The position numbers and the translations under genes are program-made. This document shows positions 17,235-26,922 of a stretch of 60,619 nucleotides of DNA, piece after piece (within the stretch, counting starts at the first letter, position 1; each line of letters opens with the position of its first letter). The notes under the pieces were generated by a model. It ran no database searches and was not told where the DNA came from. It worked only from the letters and a program-made list of their open reading frames with translations. Origin of the DNA: a virus (Duplodnaviria; Caudoviricetes); IMG/VR virus record IMGVR_UViG_3300045119_000430, positions 1 to 60,619 of that record; one strand, written 5' to 3'.

Positions 17235-19163
17235 ATGGCGAGTTACGACTCACAGGACGGGACCTTCGGCGGGCGAAATGTCAACCCCGCCGATCGCATC
17301 GTCATCCCCGCCCACACGTTCACGAGCGGGATCGTATCGGGCGGGGCGTTCTTCAAGCGGATGGACGCTGGCCTCGATAACTTCGGCGGACGCCAACACC
17401 TCTTCACGGTCACCTCCAGCGGGACGATTACCAATGCGATCCGCGTCTTCCTGGATAACACCACCTTCGAGATCGACATCGAGATAGTCCAGGGCGGGTT
17501 CAACACGCCCTACAGCAGCGGTTCGCTGATCACGAATCTCACATGGTTCCATCTAGGCTGGTCGCATGGGACGAATTTCACCCTCATCCTGAACGGGACT
17601 CAGATCTTACAGACCTCGCCATCCAGCGAGGCCATTGACGGCGCGATTGTCATCGGCGGCTCAAACACCGACATCACCGGCGCGCTCGATACTGACGTCT
17701 TCTGCGGCCACATCTGCGCGGGGAAGATCTATTCGCGTGAACTGACGGCCGCGCAGTGGAACACCGAGCAGGCGACCCAACTTGCCCCAGTCAGCACGAC
17801 GAACATCTACGCCTACTACCGGATGCTCACGGGATCCGGTGCCGGCACCGACACGAGCGGCAACGGCAACAACGCCACAGTGGACGGCACCCCGCAGACC
17901 AGCGCGGACGAGCCGACGTTTGGAGGCGCAGCGTTCATCCCGTACACGTGGCCGCGCCCGGCCGTTTGGGCCATGGCGGATTCGTATGCCCAGCCCCGAC
18001 GGTTCATCGCGGCTGTGGCGCCCGTGCCGACTGTAACGCAGCCCGTGCCGCCGCGATCCATGACGACGTGGACGCTCGACCCCGGCCTCCAGCAACGACC
18101 GCCCACGCGCGTGCTCCCGCAGTCCATCCCCGTCGCACCACCGATCGCCATCCCGCCGACGCCATGGCGCTGGGCATGGGCCGACGTTCCGCCGCCGCTA
18201 CCACCGGTCGTGATCGCGACTTCTCTACCGTCTGGATCGGCCCCGCTGCCCCGGACGCCGCTCACGATCCCAGCATGGCCCGACACCCCTGGCCAGCCGC
18301 CGACCGTCAAGATCGCCACCCAACTGCCCTCGGGGTCGGCACCGCTTCCGCGCGCGGCACCCCAGTCCGCGGCGTGGCCTGACCCTCCCATCCAGCCGCC
18401 GAGCTCGAAGATCGCCGCCGTCCTGCAGGTGGTCGCAGCGTCGTTCGTCCCGGCCGCCCGCGCGCCGGCGCCGACGTGGCCAGACCAGCAGATCGCCCAG
18501 CTTCGCGCATGGCTCGCGGCATTCATCGCCGGTCCGCCAGCCGACGCACCGCCGCTGATATTCAGGCCGCGTCCCGGGCCATGGCCCGATCCAGACCCCG
18601 CGCCAGCGCGGCGACCCGGTATCATCCCGCCAGCGCCGACGGTAGACGCGCCCCCGCTGAACACGGGCCGCCAGCCGCTGGCATGGCCCGATGCGCAGAC
18701 CGCGCCGGCCCGCGGGACCAGCCTATCAGCCATCCTGCTCGACCTCTTCATCCCGCCACCGAGACAGCAGCCGCCGATCATGGATGCAGCGACGTCGATG
18801 CCAGCCGCGCGCGCTGGCGTGGCGCCTTTCTCATCCGCTAGCCAACCGCCGCCATCGCCGGTCCTTCAGCCATGGCTTGGCCGTTTCGTCGCCGATGCCG
18901 CGCGCCAGGCCGCGGTCCAGATCGCGGTCATCCTGACGCCGCCCCCTCTCCCGCCCGATGCACCACCGCTGCGCTCGCCTCGTACGGACGCATTGCGGCT
19001 GTGGGATGCCACGTTCGGCTGGATCGTGTCAGCGGCCCGCGCACTCACGCTTGCCAGGACGCCGGCCGCCGTTCCCCGCGTCTCTGTCGGCGGCGGCCCT
19101 GCCGCCTCGGCCGGTTCTGGAGGACCGACCTCAGCGGGCGGATCCTCTGGTCAGACCTCATGA
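17235..19163 (+). CDS. LamG/ConA-like domain plus Pro/Trp-rich repeat tail; putative fibre or adhesin
   Basis: WFHLGWS..LILNG..FCGHICAGKIYSRELT..DTSGNGNNAT; ~400 aa Pro-rich region with recurring WPD. Confidence 0.7.
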   Translation: MASYDSQDGTFGGRNVNPADRIVIPAHTFTSGIVSGGAFFKRMDAGLDNFGGRQHLFTVTSSGTITNAIRVFLDNTTFEIDIEIVQGGFNTPYSSGSLITNLTWFHLGWSHGTNFTLILNGTQILQTSPSSEAIDGAIVIGGSNTDITGALDTDVFCGHICAGKIYSRELTAAQWNTEQATQLAPVSTTNIYAYYRMLTGSGAGTDTSGNGNNATVDGTPQTSADEPTFGGAAFIPYTWPRPAVWAMADSYAQPRRFIAAVAPVPTVTQPVPPRSMTTWTLDPGLQQRPPTRVLPQSIPVAPPIAIPPTPWRWAWADVPPPLPPVVIATSLPSGSAPLPRTPLTIPAWPDTPGQPPTVKIATQLPSGSAPLPRAAPQSAAWPDPPIQPPSSKIAAVLQVVAASFVPAARAPAPTWPDQQIAQLRAWLAAFIAGPPADAPPLIFRPRPGPWPDPDPAPARRPGIIPPAPTVDAPPLNTGRQPLAWPDAQTAPARGTSLSAILLDLFIPPPRQQPPIMDAATSMPAARAGVAPFSSASQPPPSPVLQPWLGRFVADAARQAAVQIAVILTPPPLPPDAPPLRSPRTDALRLWDATFGWIVSAARALTLARTPAAVPRVSVGGGPAASAGSGGPTSAGGSSGQTS

Positions 19164-19486
19164 GCCCAGACATCTTTTTCGGCGAAGGCGATACCGCCCC
19201 GATCGTGACCAAGACGCTGATGGTCGGCGGCGTTCAGATCGACCTCACCGGCGCGACCGTGACCATCCGCTACCGCAGCAAGTTCTCTGCGCTCGACGCC
19301 GACACGGTGGCCGAGACGGTCACCATTGTCGGCGACCCGACCGCAGGCGGGATCGAGTGGCACGTTCAGGCGCCCGTTGTCGGCGGTGAGTACGACTTCT
19401 ACTGGCACGTCGTCCTCCAGTCGGGTGACCCGATCACGATCCCGAACGACCGCAAGGGCTGGATGCACGTCGAGCCGGCTCTCTGA
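19160..19486 (+). CDS. BppU-like beta-sandwich adaptor
   Basis: GDTAP..IDLTGATVTI..GEYDFYWHV..ITIPND. Confidence 0.55.
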   Translation: MSPDIFFGEGDTAPIVTKTLMVGGVQIDLTGATVTIRYRSKFSALDADTVAETVTIVGDPTAGGIEWHVQAPVVGGEYDFYWHVVLQSGDPITIPNDRKGWMHVEPAL

Positions 19487-20169
19487 TGGCGGCGACTGAC
19501 GACCCGGTGCAGTTCGAGGAGGCGATCCGCGCGCTGCGCAAGCGCGTCCCGATGACGGACGACGTCTATGACCAGCTGCTAGATAACGAGCGAGAGTTCG
19601 CGTTCACAGTCGCCGACGTCGCCCAACTCGACGTGGTGGCCGACGTCTATGAGGCGGTCGAGAGGGCCGTCCGCGACGGGACGACCTTCGATGACTTCGA
19701 GGCCGAGGTCGGTTCGCAGCTCTCCGACGACTGGGGCGGCGAGAACCCCGCGCGGCTGGAGACGATATTCAGGACCAATGTCATGGGCGCGCTGAACGCC
19801 GGGAGGTATGAGGCAGCCACCGCCCCGGCCGTTGCCGAAGACCGACCGTACTGGCGATTCGATGGCCCCGAGGACTCACGCAACGACGAGGAGACGTGCG
19901 GCCCCATCATGGACGCCAACGTCTGCCTACCGGCTGACCACGCCTGGTGGCAGACGCACTACCCACCTTTGCATTTTTCATGCAGGCATCGCGTCACGAC
20001 GCTGAGCAGAGATCAGGCGGAGAGCCAGGGGATCACGGACAACCCGCCCAACGTGCGCGCGATGCCGGGGTTCGGGGCGGCGCCGTCAGGCGGTGGCCGC
20101 GACTGGGCGCCAGCCCCGCGGGACTACCCCGCCCCGCTCGCGGCCGAGACGGATCAAGACACCGGCTAG
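19486..20169 (+). CDS. phage head morphogenesis protein (MuF/SPP1 gp7 family)
   Basis: AFTVA, RLETIFRTN, RPYWRF, WWQTHYPPLHFSCR. Confidence 0.9.
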   Translation: MAATDDPVQFEEAIRALRKRVPMTDDVYDQLLDNEREFAFTVADVAQLDVVADVYEAVERAVRDGTTFDDFEAEVGSQLSDDWGGENPARLETIFRTNVMGALNAGRYEAATAPAVAEDRPYWRFDGPEDSRNDEETCGPIMDANVCLPADHAWWQTHYPPLHFSCRHRVTTLSRDQAESQGITDNPPNVRAMPGFGAAPSGGGRDWAPAPRDYPAPLAAETDQDTG

Positions 20170-20172
20170 TTC

Positions 20173-20230
20173 GGGATATCCCATTTTCCGTCCGCCGATT
20201 ATTTGAGGGCAAAATCGGCACGCCGATTCT
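20173..20230 (+). promoter_or_regulatory. GGGATATCCC palindrome plus late promoter TTGAGG-N16-GATTCT (protease)
   Basis: 6 nt before GTG 20237. Confidence 0.62.
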
Positions 20231-20236
20231 GAGGGG

Positions 20237-21430
20237 GTGAAGCAAGCCTCCGTTGCCAGCATCCGATCTCGGATCACCGCCCTTGGCGCGGTCGCGACGG
20301 CATCGCCACTTGAGTTGGCGAACGAGCAGCCGCCAACCGAGTTCAGGATCTTCCGAGCCGGCGCGAACACGAGCGACAAAGGGACGTTCATCTTCGACGA
20401 CGATGCCGCCGAGGCAGTGATGTCGGCATACGCCAAGAAGGCGTCGACCCTCACGATGGACTACGAGCACCAGGCGCTCGCCGATCCACCGATCGAGGCG
20501 CCCGCGTCCTGTTACTCGTGGACGCCAGAAGTCCGCAACGGCGAGCTATGGGCGACCAATGTGAAGTGGACGCCGCGCGCGTCCGGCCTGATCGCCGCGC
20601 GCGAATATACCCGCTTCTCGCCGGCTTTCTTCCACGACCCGAAGACGATGCGCGTTCAGAAAATCCTGAACGTCGCTCTCACGAACGTTGAGGCCCTCGA
20701 CGGTATCGAGCCGCTCATGGCCGCGTCCGCAACCAGCCCCACAGGAGATCGACCCATGGCGAAGAAGATGCAATGCAAGGCGTGCCTCAAGGCGCTCAAG
20801 GCCCCGACCGACGACAACGACGGCGACGAGGTGATGTGCACCGCGTGCGGAGCGGCGCCGAAGATGCTGTCGATCGTGGGGCTGAAGGCGACCGCGACCG
20901 ATCACGAGCTCGTGACCGAGCTGTCGGCGATCGCTGGCTTCCGCACGCAGGCGCTCGCTCTCACTGGGCAGGCGTCCTTGCCGGCCGCGCTGGGCACGAT
21001 CGAAGGCTGGAAGAAGAAGGCCGACGGTTACGACGTGCTCGCCGCCGAGTCGGAGAAGGCTCAGGCGACCGCACTGCGCGCCGAGTTGACCACCGTGCTC
21101 GACAACGGCGCCAAGGAGGGCAAGGTTCCCGGCGTCGCTGGAATTGCCGGCACCGTCCGCGCCTCGCTCGAGAAGGGCGCCCTCGGCGTGGGCGGCGGCA
21201 AGCCGTCGCGTGAAGGCATCGAGTGGCTGACCGCGATCATTGCGGCGATGCCGAAGGTTGTCTCGACCGAAGGCGCCACGGCCCCGGTCGACGCCAATGG
21301 CGAGATCGTGACGCTGACCGCTGGCGATAAGGAACTGGCCAAGCGTCACGGCTGGAAGGAAGAGAACGTGCTCAAGGCCAAGAAGGAACGCGTCGCGCGC
21401 AATGCCGCGATGGCCGCCGGCACGGGCTAG
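20237..21430 (+). CDS. Mu gpI-like prohead protease/scaffold
   Basis: MDYEHQ, VKWTPRA, EYTRFSPAF, VALTN. Confidence 0.9.
   Translation: MKQASVASIRSRITALGAVATASPLELANEQPPTEFRIFRAGANTSDKGTFIFDDDAAEAVMSAYAKKASTLTMDYEHQALADPPIEAPASCYSWTPEVRNGELWATNVKWTPRASGLIAAREYTRFSPAFFHDPKTMRVQKILNVALTNVEALDGIEPLMAASATSPTGDRPMAKKMQCKACLKALKAPTDDNDGDEVMCTACGAAPKMLSIVGLKATATDHELVTELSAIAGFRTQALALTGQASLPAALGTIEGWKKKADGYDVLAAESEKAQATALRAELTTVLDNGAKEGKVPGVAGIAGTVRASLEKGALGVGGGKPSREGIEWLTAIIAAMPKVVSTEGATAPVDANGEIVTLTAGDKELAKRHGWKEENVLKAKKERVARNAAMAAGTG
20756..21430 (+). CDS. internal in-frame scaffold protein (Mu gpZ-like)
   Basis: RBS ACAGGAG and in-frame ATG after the protease domain. Confidence 0.65.
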   Translation: MAKKMQCKACLKALKAPTDDNDGDEVMCTACGAAPKMLSIVGLKATATDHELVTELSAIAGFRTQALALTGQASLPAALGTIEGWKKKADGYDVLAAESEKAQATALRAELTTVLDNGAKEGKVPGVAGIAGTVRASLEKGALGVGGGKPSREGIEWLTAIIAAMPKVVSTEGATAPVDANGEIVTLTAGDKELAKRHGWKEENVLKAKKERVARNAAMAAGTG

Positions 21431-21485
21431 TCGCCCGCCGAACTCCATTCCACACGACACCATCTGACCGAAAGGACACCACGTC

Positions 21486-22262
21486 ATGACTGCTCTCGCC
21501 GCTCCCCGGGCTCAATTCGAAAACATGGCGCCTCCGATCTTCGAGATCGGCCTCGGCGTGGCTGCGACCCAGGTCATCTACGGTGGCGCACTGGTCGCGA
21601 AGAACTCCAGCGGCTTCCTCGTCCCGGCGGCGGCCACGGCCGGTCTGCGCGTCGTCGGATGGGCCGAACTCGAGAACCACCCGAAGGTCGACACCACTGG
21701 CCTGGCCGACGGCGCGGTGAAGATCTCGGTCCGCATGGGCATCTTCCCGATGAAGATCGGAACCTCGACCGACGCGGTCACCGCAGCCGACGAGGGCAAC
21801 GACGTCTACGTGCTGGACGATCAGACGATCTCGCGCCTGCCCGGCGCTGGGCGGCCGATCGCTGGTCAGCTCTTTCTCGTCGAAACCGGCAAGGCGTGGG
21901 TCGGGATCGGCATCAACACGCCGAACCGTCGCACCGGTCAAGGCACGGCGTGGCAGGGCCCGGGATCGGTCGAGGCGGCCGTCGCGAGCGGCGCCGTGTC
22001 GGTCAACACCGAGATCACCACGCTCAATCTCGCCACCGGCGCGCAGGCGCTCACGCTGGCCAACGGCCTCTTCCTCGGCCAACGCAAGACGATCGTCGTC
22101 GTCCAGATCGCTGGCTCCCCGGTCGGCACACTGACCCCGGCGACCCCGAGCGGTTTCGCCACGGTGACCGCGCTCGGTGCTGTCGGTGACTCGGTCGAAT
22201 TGATCTGGGCCGGCGCGGGCGCTTGGTACTTGGCCAACAGCTTCGGTTGCACCTTCACCTAG
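21486..22262 (+). CDS. capsid decoration/cement protein
   Basis: IYGGALVA..VYVLDDQTI; between protease and major capsid gene. Confidence 0.7.
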   Translation: MTALAAPRAQFENMAPPIFEIGLGVAATQVIYGGALVAKNSSGFLVPAAATAGLRVVGWAELENHPKVDTTGLADGAVKISVRMGIFPMKIGTSTDAVTAADEGNDVYVLDDQTISRLPGAGRPIAGQLFLVETGKAWVGIGINTPNRRTGQGTAWQGPGSVEAAVASGAVSVNTEITTLNLATGAQALTLANGLFLGQRKTIVVVQIAGSPVGTLTPATPSGFATVTALGAVGDSVELIWAGAGAWYLANSFGCTFT

Positions 22263-22316
22263 GCCGCAACTCCTCAACCTCCATCGCCGTAACGACCAGC
22301 AAACAGGAGAACGAAC

Positions 22317-23285
22317 ATGGTGCCCTTTCAGCAACGACTGCTCGACGCCGACCTGGCGTTTTCGACCGCCTTCCTGGAGGGCGTCGAGTCCGTCAAGGAA
22401 GGGATCGATCTCGTCTACGAGTTCAAGACTCAGACGGTGTCGATGCCCGGCACAGAGGAGGTCGTGTTCGGCTTCCTGGCGGAGATGCCGCTCTTCCGCA
22501 AGTGGATCGGTGAGCGACGCCCGCAACGCCTGAGCACCGGGGAATACTCGGTCAAGCAGGGCGACTGGGAGTTCAGCTACGCGCTCAAGCGCAATGACGT
22601 GAAGTACGACAAGGTTGGCATCATCGCCAACACGCACTTCCGCTCGGCGGGCGTCGCGCAGAAGCGCTTTCCTTGCGATCTGATCACGCAGCTGCAGACC
22701 GACGGCAAGACTGCCACCTGCTACGACGGCCAGTTCTTCTACGACACCGATCACCCGGTCGGCTTCAATGGCGTCGGAACCACCACGTTCCAGAACCTAT
22801 GGACCTCGATGACGCTGAACGTGGCGAACGTGACCGCGCGCTACAAGTACATGACGCAGCTCAAGGATGCGAACGGCAAGCGCATGGGCATCCGGCCGAA
22901 CATCATCGAGTACGGCCCTGGTCAGTTCGACGCCATCCGCAACATCTTCGAGGCGGACATCATCTCCGAGGCCATCTCCAGCGCGGGCGTCTTCGGCGGC
23001 ACCTCCAACGTCGTGGGCGCTGCCCCGAAGAGCAACACCGCGATGCGCGGCTTGCTCATTCCGATCATGAACCCGGACCTCGAGGACTCCACCTGGTTCC
23101 TTCACGACACGCGCGTGATGAAGCCGTTCATGTACGTGGTCGAGACGCCGCCCACCGGGCTCATCTCGCGGGTCGACCCGCAGGACCCGCACGTGTGGCA
23201 GTGGAAGGAGTACCTCTACGGAGCCGAGGCCACGGCGGTGGGGGCTTACACGCTGCCTCACCTCTCCACCCGGTGTGAGGAGTAG
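22317..23285 (+). CDS. major capsid protein (Mu gpT-like)
   Basis: FRKWIGER, CYDGQFFYDTDHPV, WFLHDT..KPF..EYLYG. Confidence 0.93.
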   Translation: MVPFQQRLLDADLAFSTAFLEGVESVKEGIDLVYEFKTQTVSMPGTEEVVFGFLAEMPLFRKWIGERRPQRLSTGEYSVKQGDWEFSYALKRNDVKYDKVGIIANTHFRSAGVAQKRFPCDLITQLQTDGKTATCYDGQFFYDTDHPVGFNGVGTTTFQNLWTSMTLNVANVTARYKYMTQLKDANGKRMGIRPNIIEYGPGQFDAIRNIFEADIISEAISSAGVFGGTSNVVGAAPKSNTAMRGLLIPIMNPDLEDSTWFLHDTRVMKPFMYVVETPPTGLISRVDPQDPHVWQWKEYLYGAEATAVGAYTLPHLSTRCEE

Positions 23286-23288
23286 CCG

Positions 23289-23702
23289 ATGTTCGTGCAG
23301 ATTCGATGCTCGAACCCCGGCCACGGCGGCCGGTCGCGCGCGGGCCGGCGGTTCGAGAACGGTCAGACCTACCGCATGGAGGTCTTGGACCGCTCGCTGA
23401 GCAAGGCGGAGGCGGACGTCCACGGCAATGGACCGCTCGATGAGACCGGCTCATTGTCGATGGAGATCATCGATCGTGCTGGTCTCGATCGCGTCAAGGC
23501 CGACCCGACCATGTCTGTACTCGAGGGAGGAACCGTCGACTCGGGATTGTCGCAGGCGGCCTTCGACGAGATCAGAACGCAACTGCGTTTCGCGACCGAG
23601 CAACTGTCGGCGGCGAAGGTCCGGATCGCGGAGCTCGAGGCGCTGATCACCGATCCCGGCAAGACCGAAGACGAGAAACCGGGCGGCAAGACCAAGAAGT
23701 AG
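23289..23702 (+). CDS. hypothetical head-region protein
   Basis: RBS GAGGAG; synteny with Mu gp35 position. Confidence 0.55.
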   Translation: MFVQIRCSNPGHGGRSRAGRRFENGQTYRMEVLDRSLSKAEADVHGNGPLDETGSLSMEIIDRAGLDRVKADPTMSVLEGGTVDSGLSQAAFDEIRTQLRFATEQLSAAKVRIAELEALITDPGKTEDEKPGGKTKK

Positions 23703-23710
23703 GAGCCGGC

Positions 23711-24154
23711 GTGGCCCAGTACATCACGCTCGAGGAGTTGGCAGATCTCGGGCTGAGCCCGAAGGTCTTCATCAACCTCGATCGAACGAAGCGCCTCCAG
23801 GCGATCCAGTCGATGAGCGATCTCATCGACGGTTACCTGGGGCGCTTCACGTTGCCGCTCGTATCTTGGGGCAACGACATCAAGCAGTGCTGCGCCACGC
23901 TCGCCTCAATCCAGCTGATCAAGAACCTGGGAACGAACCCCGATGCCGCCGACCGCTACGACCATGACGAGGCGAAGTGGCTCGCGTGGCTGAAGATGGT
24001 CTCGCTGGGCACGGCCATTCCGCGCGTCGTGGATGGCTCGTCCGGGTCATCGACTGGCGTTACCGCGCCGCGCCCCATGGTCATCAGCGCGAGCCAGCGC
24101 GGGCTGTCCGTGCGCGGCACCATGCGCCAGCGGGGGCCGTTCCAGGGGAACTGA
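23711..24154 (+). CDS. head-tail adaptor (Mu gp36/DUF1320-like)
   Basis: YITLEEL..IDGYLGRFTLPL..WLKMVSLG. Confidence 0.8.
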   Translation: MAQYITLEELADLGLSPKVFINLDRTKRLQAIQSMSDLIDGYLGRFTLPLVSWGNDIKQCCATLASIQLIKNLGTNPDAADRYDHDEAKWLAWLKMVSLGTAIPRVVDGSSGSSTGVTAPRPMVISASQRGLSVRGTMRQRGPFQGN

Positions 24155-24762
24155 TGGCCGGCCTCCGTCAAACGAAGGGCATCTCACTCCCCGAGCTCCG
24201 AGATCGGATCGCGGGCCTGCGCGACCCCGCCTTCCGCGCGAAGCTCTCGCAGCTCCTCGGCGAGGAAGCGCGCACGCAGGTGGCCGACTCGTTCCGAGAG
24301 GAGCGCGACCCATACGGCAACAAGTGGGCGCCCCTCGCGCGCCCCCGCGCCCGGGACAAGAAAGGCACCATCGGCAAGATCTTGCAGGACACCGGCCGCA
24401 TGGCCGCTTCGGTTGCCGTCGCGCCGGCGCCGAACGGCTTCCGCATCGACATCCCGGTCAAGTACGCGCCCGTCCACCAGTACGGCGCCACGATCAAGCC
24501 GCATCAGCGCGGGAGCGGGATCATCATCCAGGACGCCCGCGGGCGCATCGTCGGCAAGCGCGGTCTCGCTCGAGCACTCAAGCGCGGCAGCCTGAAGGGC
24601 ATCAAGTCGCGCCGGTTCCACGCCTATCGCCACGGCGGGGCGGTGATCCCGCGGCGGCAGATGCTGCCCGAGAAAGACACCGGCGGCCTCGGTCCGATCT
24701 GGTCGGCGGCGTTCATCGCCGTCACGAACCGCGCCGTCGAGCGCCAGCTGCGGGGCCGGTGA
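24154..24762 (+). CDS. virion morphogenesis protein (Mu gpG/P2 gpS-like)
   Basis: DPYGNKWAPL, KILQDTGRM, YAPVHQYG, IPRRQML. Confidence 0.85.
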   Translation: MAGLRQTKGISLPELRDRIAGLRDPAFRAKLSQLLGEEARTQVADSFREERDPYGNKWAPLARPRARDKKGTIGKILQDTGRMAASVAVAPAPNGFRIDIPVKYAPVHQYGATIKPHQRGSGIIIQDARGRIVGKRGLARALKRGSLKGIKSRRFHAYRHGGAVIPRRQMLPEKDTGGLGPIWSAAFIAVTNRAVERQLRGR

Positions 24763-25247
24763 TGGGGATCGAGGCGGTACTGAAGGCCGTGGAGGCTGTC
24801 ATCACGTCGGCCTGCGGGAACGCTGGGGAATCGTGCCCGAACTTCGCTTTCGGGAGCGCGGAAGCCAACCGCCAGGAAGCTCCCCCGCGAATCGTCTGGG
24901 TGCCGATCGCGGCCCAGCGGAACACCAAGGACGTCACCCGCGGTCACCCGACGGAGCGGACTCTGTGGGGCCGCACCTGCACCATCCAGGCGCGCGTGTG
25001 GACCGAGACCTTCGACGGCGGCGAGAAGCTCGTGCGCCACATGATGGCCGCGTTGCAGGCGAAGTGGCCAGGCTCGGTCGAGTACATCGGCGAGGCGTGG
25101 GATCCCGAGGACGATCGCTCTTTCGGATTCCTCGATGTCGTCACGTTCACCGCCTCGATGCCACTGCGCGATGAGCCGCAGCGCACGGTCAAGCCCACGA
25201 GCGTTCCCATCGACGGCGCCTTCGTCCAACAGGAGATCGACTCATGA
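24762..25247 (+). CDS. putative tail terminator (Mu gp37 position)
   Basis: Synteny; PPRIVWVP motif. Confidence 0.55.
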   Translation: MGIEAVLKAVEAVITSACGNAGESCPNFAFGSAEANRQEAPPRIVWVPIAAQRNTKDVTRGHPTERTLWGRTCTIQARVWTETFDGGEKLVRHMMAALQAKWPGSVEYIGEAWDPEDDRSFGFLDVVTFTASMPLRDEPQRTVKPTSVPIDGAFVQQEIDS

Positions 25248-25495
25248 GCGAATTCGAAGAGACCGCCACCGCTCCCACACCGGCGCCCGCGCCGGTCAAC
25301 CAAGTCGAGCACTGGGCAACGCTCGCTGGCTTTCTCCCCGAGGTGATGCCGACGAAGCCGCCTTCGCGCAACCCCAACTGGTGGAAGTTCTCTGCGGCCA
25401 AGGCGCTCTACCGCTGGCCGATCGGCAAGGAGATGACACAGGCGCAGTTCGCGTCGGCGATCATCGACGCTGCGACTGGCGTGCAGCACGGCTGA
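25244..25495 (+). CDS. small hypothetical protein
   Basis: RBS CAGGAG. Confidence 0.55.
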   Translation: MSEFEETATAPTPAPAPVNQVEHWATLAGFLPEVMPTKPPSRNPNWWKFSAAKALYRWPIGKEMTQAQFASAIIDAATGVQHG

Positions 25496-26883
25496 TGCCT
25501 CTCCCCGGCACACAGATCACCGTCGTTGACGGGCAGCAGACGGGTACGGACCAGTACCCGATCCGTATCCCCATGTCGCGCGTGCCGTCCATCCCGACGA
25601 GTCCGCCGGGGAATCCGATTATGTGGTTCGATGCCCAGGACGTCGATGGCGCCGGCAACACGTCAATGGTCGACGGAGCTGCCGTTGCCACCTGGGTGAA
25701 CAAGGGTACGATCGGTTCGGCTGGAAATGCCGTCCAGCCAACCCCGTCCAAGCGGCCGATTTTCTCAGCATCCATCGATCCACCTCAGATCAGCAATAAG
25801 GCTGGCGTGATGTTCGACGGGGTAAATGACTGCCTCCGTTCGTCTCCCTTCACGCTGCAGGCGGGACCGTGGACGTTCGGGATGCTTTCCAGGATCGTTC
25901 CCAACGGCACGCAGGCGATGTTCGGAACGGCGACATCGACGACCTATGTACAGGGCACCAATTTTCACATGGGCGGCAGCATCGATGCCGCTACCGGCCT
26001 GGTGGTTGCCACAGATAGTGGGCAGTGGGAGGTTTACACCGGCGTCTACAATGGCGCGAGTACCGTTGCCAGGCTTCTGGGTCTGCAGGCAACGGTGGAC
26101 TCGGGAACATCGTCGGTCGACCGGGTATCAATAGGTGCCCTGGCCGCGCAGGAGCAGTGGTTCTTCAGCGGGCCGATCGTCGAACTAGTGATCTATGCCG
26201 GGGCAGGCCAGCCGACGCAGATCCAGATCGAGAACTACTTCGCCCAGAAGTACCGCATGAGCACGCGGATCATGTATTGCGGCGACTCCATCACGCAGGG
26301 GGTCGGTGGCGCTGGTCCTGAATTCGTCAGCCTTGGATGGCGCGGGCGGCTCTGGAACTCTTTCCCTCCATGGTCTCTGCGTCCGCTGGGCGGCCTGTCG
26401 GACGGAATCACGCCTCGGCCACAGCATGAGGGATTCGGCGGCCTTCGGATCGCTCAGATCGCGGCGACTATTGGCGGCGGCCTGTCATCGTTTCGCCCGA
26501 ACATCTGCACGTTCATGGGCGGAACGAACAATGCCACGGGCGGCGAAACGTCGAGCAGCATGCTGACAGACATCGCGGGAGCCGTAGACGCGTGCTTCGC
26601 GGCCGGATCGGTGACCCTGGTGCTCCTGGCTAGCCCGCCGCCCCGGAACGATGGCGACGTGGTTGCCCAGAACACGACGAGTGATTTCGCTGCCGGTCTC
26701 CCGGGAGTGGTCGCCGCGAAAACGGCGGCGGGGAAGCCATGTATCTACATCCCGGTGTTCGAGTCCTTGAACACGTCAGACATCCTGTCGTCCAACGTCC
26801 ACCCCAACGATCAGGGCTACGGGAAGATCGCGTCGCTGTTCGCGGCGGCGATCCAGCCTTACCTGACGTCCCCGCTTTCTTGA
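25495..26883 (+). CDS. LamG-like domain plus SGNH/GDSL hydrolase
   Basis: MWFDAQD..FDGVND..FSGPIVEL; GDSITQG, HEGFGG, GGTNN, VHPNDQGY. Confidence 0.82.
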   Translation: MPLPGTQITVVDGQQTGTDQYPIRIPMSRVPSIPTSPPGNPIMWFDAQDVDGAGNTSMVDGAAVATWVNKGTIGSAGNAVQPTPSKRPIFSASIDPPQISNKAGVMFDGVNDCLRSSPFTLQAGPWTFGMLSRIVPNGTQAMFGTATSTTYVQGTNFHMGGSIDAATGLVVATDSGQWEVYTGVYNGASTVARLLGLQATVDSGTSSVDRVSIGALAAQEQWFFSGPIVELVIYAGAGQPTQIQIENYFAQKYRMSTRIMYCGDSITQGVGGAGPEFVSLGWRGRLWNSFPPWSLRPLGGLSDGITPRPQHEGFGGLRIAQIAATIGGGLSSFRPNICTFMGGTNNATGGETSSSMLTDIAGAVDACFAAGSVTLVLLASPPPRNDGDVVAQNTTSDFAAGLPGVVAAKTAAGKPCIYIPVFESLNTSDILSSNVHPNDQGYGKIASLFAAAIQPYLTSPLS

Positions 26884-26907
26884 GGCCGAGCCACACCACT
26901 CCATCAT
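26880..26907 (+). promoter_or_regulatory. late promoter TTGAGG-N16-CATCAT (sheath)
   Basis: Motif match upstream of ATG 26923. Confidence 0.55.
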
Positions 26908-26922
26908 GACAGCGAGGCACAA

